From Psammoneis japonica (taxonomy: Eukaryota), in assembly GCA_008632985.1 (NCBI GenBank), contig QPGO01000240.1:62001-110983 (forward strand): a DNA stretch of 48,983 nt. The letters are read 5' to 3'. Below, one piece after another: positions 12,743 through 22,300 of the stretch; positions within the stretch are counted from its first letter, which is position 1, and every line of letters begins with the position of its first letter. The position numbers and the translations under genes were made by a program. The notes below the pieces were generated by a model, which did no database searches, had not been told where the DNA came from, and saw only the letters and a list, made by a program, of their open reading frames with translations.

Positions 12743-13018
12743 TGACAGAAATTGAAGGCAAATGGCAAGAATTCAAACAATAACTCCTTACTGCTGTCTA
12801 AATAGCAGATGAGTCTCCGCTCAGAGACCGTTACAGGAGCCGAAAGACGTGTGAGTCGGTATAATCGGGCTACTGTCATTGTTCTTGTGAGCCTTGTGGC
12901 TCGAAAGCAAACTACATCGCGCGTGAACGCGCGGAACTAAAGCACACAAAACTGTGCGCGGTAAACTAAACAGCGCGCGATGCTTCGCGCGCATCCAAAT
13001 CCTGTTCAAATCCTGTCA
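12743..13018 (-). repeat. 5' LTR of element 1
   Basis: Direct repeat of 5907-6182 that retains more TpA. Followed on the plus strand by TSD CAGGT. Confidence 0.97.
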
Positions 13019-14204
13019 CAGGTGCTCCGCGCGGGTTCGATTCCCATCATTTGGAAATTTGTGCATTTGGCGCAATTGACTTTTTCCAAATCCGTTTTTT
13101 GCCAAATCGAAGGGCAAGCGCACACTTTGCATGCATTTTTGGGTGTACACTCACCTTTTGATTTTTGAAACGATCAAAATTGAAGGAGTTAATTGCGCTG
13201 AACTGCGCAGAAAATCGGCCTCTCGCGTGATGAAAAGCAGAGCACCTGGAGCTGGAACAGGCCAAAAGGCAGGGAAATGATGCTGGCTGGAAGAAGTGAA
13301 GTGTTGACACAACAGGGCACATCAGACCATTCTTGTTGTGGGGCAGCAGAGAGTGGCAGCTTGGACATCATGTGGTTCATTGGAGAGGCATTTGGGCAGC
13401 TCCAATGCAGCTCGCAACAGCAGGAGGAAGCCAAAAGCGCGCCAAAAGAACTGCTGCAATGTCAGCTCTGACTCAGAGTTCATTTTCCATGCACAGACAG
13501 TTGCTGCCACACATCCAGAGATGGAAAACCACTTACATTGTTCGAACGAGTTTGTTCCCCATTCTGCAACAGCTCTCTTGCAGCCGCGTGTTGGATGTAA
13601 ATGGGTGAAACAAACACCGTTGTCAAAAACTCTCCACTCTCCTCGCAGGTGAGCAGGGTGCACATTGCCCTCAGACATGCTTACAAAAAATGGCGGGAAA
13701 GGGAGGCAAACTTTCTACGACGAGTTCGTATTTCACAAAAACGTATGTAGAATGTCGTACAATCTGTACTGAGATTGCTCGTCTATCTTGCTGCTTCAAG
13801 GTTTCTCGGTTTATTCTCGCTCCAACGTCAGGGAAACCCGGAAATAAAAGTCACGAGCAGAAGGTATTTCAAAGTACCCGGAGCCGATGTCTAAATGACA
13901 TTCTCGGGATGCGTCACTCCCTTTTAGGGCACGACCGATTCAGCGACCCCTTATTTATGTGTCATGTCAAGGTGTATTACGTGGCGTGAAACCGATGAAC
14001 GTGGCGCACCCTCGTAGAAAGGATACTGGAAATCTGGTAGAAATCAATCGTAGTTTTGTCAGCTGTTCCCCGTCGAAGCATCGGTCGTTTGTTGAAACCT
14101 TATCAAATGATCACTCGTTTCTCGGTCGCATTCCATAGAGGTTGAGAGCTTTCCACAAATCGTTCTTTTACCCATCATCATTACTATCGGCGTTGCTTTT
14201 CACC

Positions 14205-14795
14205 ATGAACTGTGTTTTCGATATCTTGGGAGTGGCGATCCTGCCAACGAAGGCTCGTGCGGCTGTCATGTCTCAGACAAAGTGTCGGAGGGAGGCAGCT
14301 TTCTCACAAGCGAGCGCCACTGGTTTCTTCAACTATGCTGAGAAGAGCAAGAGCGATGATGATACTGCTTCGACTGTATCAACTTCCGAACAAGATGAAT
14401 TCTTTTCGAGCAGTGTTGTTACTTTCTCGGAAACATTGGTCACCCATGTCTACACGCGACCAAGGACCACCAAGGAGGAGAAAAGAGTTTTGTTTTACAC
14501 GGACGACGAGTACATGGAGTTCAGACTCGACGCACACTGCAGCCGACGAAGAAACAGGGTCGTGAAGTTTGCCGATTCCATTGTGACTGATGTGTACGAT
14601 ATTCCGTCTAGCAGAGGCAAAGCCAACCTCTACTACAGTGAAGCTGAACTACAAGAGTAAGTATCAATGTTTGAAAGTGCCACCTTTTGACTTCCAGAAT
14701 GAAAATGCGGCGCTAACACCTTGCTATTTTCTTCCTCGACGAACAGATTTCTCGATGAATTCGTAGCTTCTTTGGATGTGAGTTCGGAATACTGA
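14205..14795 (+). CDS. Hypothetical protein with two internal VxF..VT.V...P....L(F/Y)Y(T/S)..E repeats; exons 14205-14656 and 14747-14795
   Basis: ATG at 14205. GTAAGT donor at 14657, CTAAC branch site, AACAG acceptor at 14746. The spliced frame continues ELQEFLDEFVASL to TGA. Confidence 0.75.
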
Positions 14796-15240
14796 GTCAG
14801 AATGGTCATGCTCTCGAGAGTTCAGACTTGCTCACTGCTTCGCGTAGCAGATTGAGTTGAAGGCGGTACAATTACTGAGATTACTGAGTGCGGGCTCAGT
14901 TCAGACGAATTGTTCGAGTTTCGAAAACAACGCGTACACGTTCTCATATACTAGAGAACGCATCACGAGAGGTACAACGAAGCAACGGTTGCTTTGCTGT
15001 ATCTCCGTGATTGCGTCTCCCTTCAAGACGCCCCTGAGGTTCTTCTCTTGGTGCTAACACAGGAACTAACAGCAGCAGGCACAATTGCGCAATACTACAC
15101 ATATAAGGCTCTGTATGCAGAAAAAGAGGATTCTAAACCCAGTCCAAAATACAGCTATGGCATATCCTCTTGTCTGTCGAACGAAAATAGAAATGCAACT
15201 AACAATACTAGAGTCCTTTGCTCGATCATCATCTCCTGTA

Positions 15241-17051
15241 TCAACGCGGTCGTAGCAACCGAGAGTGCTTTTCTTTGCGCCTTCTACTTTCAAGATAGTC
15301 AGGTCTAAGTGACAGGTGGGTGAGACTCTCCCGCCCGTCCGCTGAAAGGAGCTTGTTGTGTTTGGGTGACAACGGAAGGTGCTTCAAATAGGCTTGGAGC
15401 ACATTGGGGTCCTCAAGGAACAGCAAAGCCGATCTATCGTCGCCAAAAGGACCGGGCTTCGTTGTCGTCTTCTTGTTGAGCTTCTTGAGAAGGACGTCGA
15501 TACTGTACAAACATGCTTCTCCATCAAATGTTGTAGTGACTAAGCTACTATCCTTGATAAGTTGGCTGCCCAAGTACACTTCCTTTGAGCTCATGAGAAA
15601 GGTAAAAACTCGTTCTTCAAAGATTGGTCCTTGAAATTGCTGGCTCCAAGGCCGCAATGGCTCCATACCAACCTCTTGGTAGTTGAGAATGGCAAAACTC
15701 CTTTGTCCAATCTGATAATGCGTTTCTCCGGTCTCAGGATCTGGATAGAATCTCGAAATGTGTTCATCAAGGTTGTCCCGCTCCGTCTTGCTGGTGGCCT
15801 TGGTAAGGACGCATTCAACAAATGCGTCAATCGTTGAGTTCAGGTAGAGGTCTGGCCTCCTTGCTGCAGTCCCTGCATTGATGATCTTAGGGTTGAATAG
15901 ATGCGTACCGAGCTTAACACCCGCAAGAATCTTATACAGCTCGAATGTCAAGACATCTTCGACAGGCCCTCCGAACGGAATGTATTGACCCCAACTCATC
16001 AGCGGCAATCCGTGCATCAAAAGCTGTTGGACACCGTCGAGACCACCATTCAATAGCATAAAGGGAGACGACTGTTCTGGTGTTACCTGAGAGATGAAAG
16101 ACTCAAAGAGGAGCTGCGAAATAATCTTGTCTTCACTGTCGCAGAGTCCCTTTTACGGAGATCATCGAGAAGCATCGAATCCTTAATCTTGTACAGGAGA
16201 GGGCTGATATCAGTGTGACGAGTCGTGGGAAGGATGCGAGTTTGCATATCCTTGAATTCCTCGCTGGAACGAAACTCCTCCGAACCCAAAAGATAGGCAA
16301 ATAGGTCGTCCGCGTTCTTGTTTTCTTCGTTCTTGATTTTTGGGGCGAGGCGCTCGGAAATCTACATGAATGGAAAAATGTGCCCACCACAATACGAGCG
16401 AACGCTTTCTACCAGCTTTCGAATCTCAGCTGCTTGATCAGCAGTCGCCGCTCCCTGCGAAAAGTAAGCGACGACCCCCTCATCTTCAAGCATTTGCTCG
16501 TCGCTCAAAAACAACTCGTCGGTACTAATCTTTCTCTTAAAATTCCCAGACGCAGTTTCAAATTCAGGGACACCAGCTCCAATTGTCGTGATTTTGTGGC
16601 CTTGATCGTTTTTCAGCAGCGGCGTAAATACCGCGGCGCCCACATTCGTCTGAGTTTCGTCAATCAGGAAGTAAACTTCTTCCTTGGTCGAAGACAATTT
16701 CTTCACCAATATATACACTCTTTAATTCAAAAGCGCCGCGGTTTCGAAAAACCAAACTTTCTTTCCCGCTTTCGTGAGATCTTTTTCTGCGAGGAGGTGA
16801 AGCAAGGTCGTCTTACCTGCGCCTTTGCATCCGTTGATGTGATACGGGGTTTCCGGGTTGGCTTTTTTGAGGATCTTACTACGAAGTTGTTGACGCTGCA
16901 CGACTAAAGGCCCAAATCCAACCTCCTTGAACGTTTCGCGTGTTACCATGCTACTCCATCGGCATTCAGCGGGGATTTCCATGCTCTCCATCGATGCTCT
17001 TCGCTTCCCGGCAAGTACAGTAGGCGTGCAGCGCCGTGCTGAGAGACCCAC
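15241..17051 (-). pseudogene. Disrupted P-loop NTPase + PD-(D/E)xK nuclease gene (Crinkler-type NTPase-REase architecture)
   Basis: Walker A GCKGAGKTT, Walker B YFLIDE, YCGGHIFP, and C-terminal RRPDLYLN...FVECVL. In-frame stops at 16722-16724 (TAA) and 16362-16364 (TAG), and a frameshift near 16150. Ends are approximate. Confidence 0.7.
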
Positions 17052-18008
17052 ACCTGTTCTAACTCAAAAAAGAGTCGCTTCCTTACTTCGAGAGGTTTGA
17101 CTCTTCGAGCGCTGAGAACTGTACAGTCCAGCTGAGGACACTTCTTCTCTACAGCGTAAAAGGAAAAGCCCAGTTGGCAACAATAACAAGATGACGGAGT
17201 GATAGGAGTGATGTCTAATGTTGGTCTTCACTCTAGAGTACAGGTAGGTGTGCTTCACGATAATCTCAAATCAATGACGTACAAAGACAGACAGTGGGGT
17301 AAGGAGTGCGAGCGTAGTAGTTAAGTCGTCTGAATCAATTATTTTTTTCTACAGTACGATCATGACGGATTTCATTTACATATAATGTATATCTTTTATA
17401 ATTTATATTCACATTCATTAATGTTGAAGAATGAACCCAGTTGTGTGTCTCTCCAAATTTTTGTCTACCGCCTTCGCCGTAGTTTCGATACTCATCAGAT
17501 TTCAACGGCACTCTAAGTATGAGATTCTACAGCTAATATATTTATACAGAATTTAATACTGTAGCCAAGTGTGACACTCACTACAACATGAGTGTCTCGC
17601 GGGACAGCAAACGAAAATTCTCGGTGTCGTTTGGTCTGTTGCCAACAGTGCGACACAACATAAAGCTGTTGCTGTATTGGTATGTTGCGTGAGAATCAAG
17701 AACGTTCAAACCGCTCAGCAATAGTTTGTCACCAGTCTTTGATTCTATCACCGCGATACTGTATTGACATTTGTAGCCAACAAGTTTGACGAGTCATCAA
17801 ATCACTCAAACGACCTGAAATTTTCGTGGTATTTTCTCTCCCGTATTGATTCTACGTAGATTCTACAGCGACACTCGGAGTCGGACAAAAACGGTAGTCG
17901 TGTTTTCCCGTTTAGTTGCATCCAACAGATAACACAGTCAGCGTCGTACCTGATCAATCCAATCTCTAGAACAATCGGCGTGTGAACGAGGAGTGCACTA
18001 TTAAAACC

Positions 18009-18763
18009 ATGTCACCTGCACCAACTTGTCAGAATCCCGTTCACGACGAAATACCATTGGTAGACATGGCCTCGGCAGAAATCGCAGGAATGCGCCTCAA
18101 CGACGAGCAAGGCATTGCATATGAACACACTTTTCCTCCAGCGTGCTTGGCGCTTTTGAGAGACCTTCCAGGGAACCATAGATGTATCGATTGTGGCGGT
18201 CAGGATCCTCAATGGGCGACGGTTAGCTATGGAGCTCTTTTATGTCTCTCATGCTCCGGACGACACCGGAGTCTCGGAGTTCAGGTGGGTTCTTGGAAGG
18301 CTTTGACAACGTTGCCTTAGACGATACTGTTCTGATGAGGGGTCTATTTTGTCTCGAATCAAAGCTAGAGTCGATATGAGAGTCATTCACTCTGTTTTTT
18401 CTTTTTTGATCCTTCACATGTCAGGTTTCTTGTGTAAGATCAATAACTATGGACAATTGGTCCCCAGCAGAGGTACTGGCAATGTTGGAAGGCGGAAACA
18501 CTCAACTGCATAATTTTTTTGAACGACACGCGTTATGCGAAGAAACAAAAGTAGACGAAGACGCTCGAAAGAATGCCAAGCGCAAATTGATACAAGGCGA
18601 CGTAGTCAGTCTGAGGTACAAAACCAAAGCGGCTGAGTTTTATCGAAAACAAATGGGGTTACACGTGTCAAAAGTCATGAGAAAAGGAAAATACAAGGGA
18701 AGATCAGAGTCTAGGAGGGTTCGGTATCGGGCCCTTGCAGAACGAAATTCAACAGTGTTGTAG
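18009..18763 (+). CDS. ArfGAP-domain protein (paralog 1); exons 18009-18284 and 18425-18763
   Basis: Zinc finger CIDC..PQWATVSYGALLCLSCSGRHRSLGVQ, spliced to VSCVRSITMDNW..MLEGGN..RYKTKAAEFYR. Confidence 0.92.
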
Positions 18764-19184
18764 CGAAGTGCGACTATTCTAGAAAAGGTTAAACAGATTC
18801 ACTGATTCCTGAAGCGGTTCACTTGTTTGTGATGCAGTTATCAGACTTGGACAGCCTTTCTTCACTCTTTCTCCAATGTCGCTTTTCTTCCAGTTCGGTG
18901 TTTCTTTGTGGATAACCTCTACAATGCCGACAGGGATAAACTCGAGTTTAGATGAATTGATGAGAGGGATGAGGTGAGAGGTGACCAGAAGGAAGCGTAA
19001 CAGCACCGCGCTCAATGCCGCTGTTCCTTTTGCTCTGTGAAGGTTCTGTACAAACTGTGCTGTGTTGGATGAACGATCGTGAACTGTGACTTCCACTGAG
19101 GATCTTGTTGAGGATGACATCGATCACCTGGAGCGAATGCTTGACATGCTTCCTCAGCTGCCCCAAAGCACACAGATCCCGGGG

Positions 19185-19379
19185 ACTTGTTATACCGATG
19201 TATAACTGTAGATATCGAAAGAGCTGATGCTCAAGGTTGTAAACTAGTAGCTGTTGTTGTTGCAAAAGTCGTTGACTGAAAATTATGACTGCAATATCGA
19301 GCAGAGTTTTGATGGCGGAATTTGAAAATTGAAGCGCGCGATTACGCGCAGTCGACAGGTAGATTGACAGACGTCAACT
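19185..19379 (-). repeat. 3' LTR of element 2 (TpA-retaining copy)
   Basis: ACTTGTTATACC...GACGTCAACT, a direct repeat of 26459-26653. Confidence 0.95.
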
Positions 19380-19398
19380 CTCCCTCTCAACCGTAGAG

Positions 19399-22300
19399 CT
19401 ACCAGCCTGAGAGACTCAACCGACCAGATTCAAACTTGTCAGTAATAAGTCCCTTCGTAAATTGATCAGCTAACTGGGAATCAGTTCCTACAGGCTCAAT
19501 CCGGATCTCAAGAGCCTCAACCTTGGCACGGAACCAATGATGGGGAACACCAATGTGTTTGGTGCGTGGAGATAACTTGGCCATTTTTGCAAACTTGAGG
19601 CACGCCTGATTGTCTTCACAAACCACTGAAGAAGGGATTGCACCATCCTTTACATCTGAAAAGGCCTTGGACTTGGTGGTGGCAGGGGTCTTGTAATCCG
19701 TGAGACCGAAAACATGACATTTGAATTCCTTCAAAATTTCACGAATCGGAATCAGGTCGCGCATCGCAGCCGACAGAGCAAGGCACTCGGCTTCCACAGT
19801 GGAGAGTGCCATTTGCGTCTGCAGCTTAGAAACCCACAAAATGGGACAATCGCAATGCAAGATGACACATCCGGTGCGGGACTTGACGCTGACCGGATCT
19901 TGAGTGTCTTCGTGACCGTAGAGGCCGGCGAAGTCGGTGTCAACGAAACAATCAACACGTTCGTTGTCGCTAGGACGTAGATAGAGTCCCTTGTCCTTGG
20001 CACCTTGTAAGCAGCGTAGAATGCGCTTCACCGCAATCGCATGAGAATGCTTGGGAGCACATGAGAAACGGGCGGCTTGATGCGTGGCGCAGCAGACATC
20101 TGGTCGGGAGTTGGATGATGGATGCATCAACATGCCGATGACGGAACGGCAGTCCCAGTTCTCGTCGAATTCGGCTCCCTCTTTATCCGCATGACATGGA
20201 GAGGCAGTGCTGGGAGTGGGAGAAGAGCGGCAATCTTCCATGCCAGCTGTCTTGAGGGCCTTGTCAACAAGTCCAGGCTGGGTGAGGAGGAATTCCTTGG
20301 GTCCGGTTTTGCGAATCTTGATGCCGAGGAAGTCACCAACTTCTCCCTCGTTTTGCAACTCGAATGCATGGCGTTGTTCGTCGTCTTGGATGCCTAGAGC
20401 CTTGATCTCATTTTCTAGAGCAGCTCCATTCTTGCCAGTGAGGACAGTGTCATCAACACAGACTGCACAAATCACACCGTCCTTGAAAAATGGGCACGGG
20501 TCGACTTGCGACTGGGTCCATCCACGTTCCAACAATCCTTCACGCAGCTTGTCAAAGAAGCACTTGGGAGCTTGCTTGAGACCGCAGAGACTCTTGAGTG
20601 GCTTCAAGACAACATTGGATCCCGAGCTGGGAGCGAAACACTTGGGTGGTTCAATGCAAACGTCTTCCGTCATCTCGGCCTGCGCAAAAGCATTGGTGCA
20701 ATCGACCTGACGGGTGGTCCATCCTTCTTGTGGGACAGCACTCAACACGAGACAGACAGTCGACCATTGGACCACTGGAGCACAGGTCTTGAAGCAGTCA
20801 ACTCCCTCTTTTTGTAGATCTCCTCGGACACAAAATCGCGCTTTGAACTTGAGCGGCGTGCCATCCGGCAATCGTTTCAACTTGAATGCCCACGTGGACT
20901 TGAGCACATTCATTGACTTCTCCCATTTCACAAATTGCCACGTTTTACGATGGACGAGAGCAGATGCCTCCGTCTTCATGGCTTCAATGCATTGCTCAGC
21001 AAAATCACCCGAGAGAGCCTCACGAACATTCGGATCATCCGCATCGCGTTTGACTTTAGCGGCGTAGATCCGCGGGTCCTGAATGTCCAAAACACCCAAA
21101 TCACAGTCAGTCTGGATCTCAGCCAAACAGGCAAGCTGAGCCTGTTGTCCTCCAACATCGTCAGGGACAACAGAAGCCAGGTGTGCTTCGTCGGTGAAAC
21201 GAGCAGTTGTGTGCGTACCCTTGTTCGACCTTTGGGATCGGTGCACCCCTGGTGTCTCAGTCGTGGATGAAGGTTCAGGTGGGACTGGAGCAGTCGTGGA
21301 TGGGACTGACGTGCCCGGACCATTGCCAGTGGTAGATGGCGGACGTACGACTGAAGGTGGAGGATCGTCAACCGGAGGCGTTGGCGATGATGGGTTTTCA
21401 AGCGACGGTGTTTGTGGCGGTGGTGTTGGTGATGGATCAACTGCAGTTGTTGGCATCGATGGTGTAGACGGCGGTGGATGTAGAGTTGGCAAAGGATCCG
21501 CTGCAGGTGTTGGTTTCTCAGCGGGTTTTGGCAAGTTCTGCTGCTGTTGATGTGCAGCGCGAATGTTGCATTTCTCAGTCTCACATCGTCATTTCTGTTC
21601 AAGTTCAGCAGGAGCAAGCCAGTCGTCTTGAAGGAACAACGGTCCATCGGACAAGTCCAACAGAATTTGAGTGGTGTTCTCCAACCACAATTCTTCCCAG
21701 TGGTCCGGCGGTTCGCTCTCCCTTGCGATCGAAGCAACCGTGGTGAAGAGATCGTCAAACACGATGTGGCACTGGGGAGCAATGGAGCCAGCATTGAGAT
21801 TGAGGACCAATGGTGCCTCACTGGCGTGAATGTGACTGAGTCCAAGAAAGACACCACGCCAAGAACGCGGCTGCCAACAGGGAAGTTTCTTGCCCTCTTG
21901 TAATTTGGGATCCAAGACGCAGACGGGACAACCCCAAACGTGGAGATCGCGGAGGCGGTGGCGTGGGATGGCAGTGCCAGTGAAGATGTCGGCGGGACAC
22001 AGCCCATGGGCGCCAGGAGCAGCACCACAGATGTGGGCAGCACAGTGTGCTGCCATGGGCCACAGAGAGCTGTCGATGCCGCCACGCCAGTGAATCGAAG
22101 CATGGAGGATCATGGCACGAGCCACATTGGAGATGGACCAAATGGAGCGTTCGGCAACACCATTTTGATGATGAGCGTTGGCACCACAAAAGTGCATGCG
22201 TTGCTGGGAGTTGTGGATGTGGGAAACGAACTGGTTGGCCTTGAAAGCGCCACCGTCGGTGAGGCAAGTTTGGACGATCACGCCGTGTCCCATTGCCATG

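Larger units (their letters stand above)
5907..13018 (-). mobile_element. Full-length Ty1/copia LTR retrotransposon (diatom CoDi-like), element 1
   Basis: Two 276-bp LTRs with TGACAG...CTGTCA ends. 5-bp TSD CAGGT at 5902-5906 and 13019-13023. PPT and PBS adjacent to the LTRs. Domain order gag-PR-IN-RT-RH. Confidence 0.97.
5887..13263. mobile_element. ~260-bp MITE (Tourist/PIF-Harbinger-like) whose left TIR is split by the copia insertion; parts 5887-5906 and 13024-13263
   Basis: Removing the LTR element and one TSD copy restores GGCCTGTTCCAGCTCCAGGTGCTC, the exact reverse complement of 13240-13263 (24-bp TIR). AAA(A) flanks both ends. Family assignment rests only on the GGCCTGTT-like terminus and short A-rich TSD. 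Confidence 0.8.

Noticed and set aside
12690..13055. tRNA gene interrupted by an LTR (GACTGTTAATC on one side, GGTTCGATTCCC on the other)
   Set aside because: The first piece is inside the element (PBS) and the second is in the flanking MITE. The TSD places the true empty-site junction at 5906/13024, and no acceptor or D stem could be built.
13264..13480. Possible ankyrin-like gene relic (AAESGSLDIMWFI) continuing from ~5400-5886
   Set aside because: Too degenerate to support without a profile search.
1300..13700. Numerous overlapping Cys/His/Gln-rich ORFs in all six frames (also 19700-28300)
   Set aside because: Loss of TpA removes TAA/TAG stops and Tyr codons, which inflates spurious ORFs. 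No domains are recognisable beyond gag-pol.
17574..17600. Short hairpin GACACTCA-N8-TGAGTGTC (Helitron-like end?)
   Set aside because: No CTRR terminus or other supporting element features, so it could be chance.
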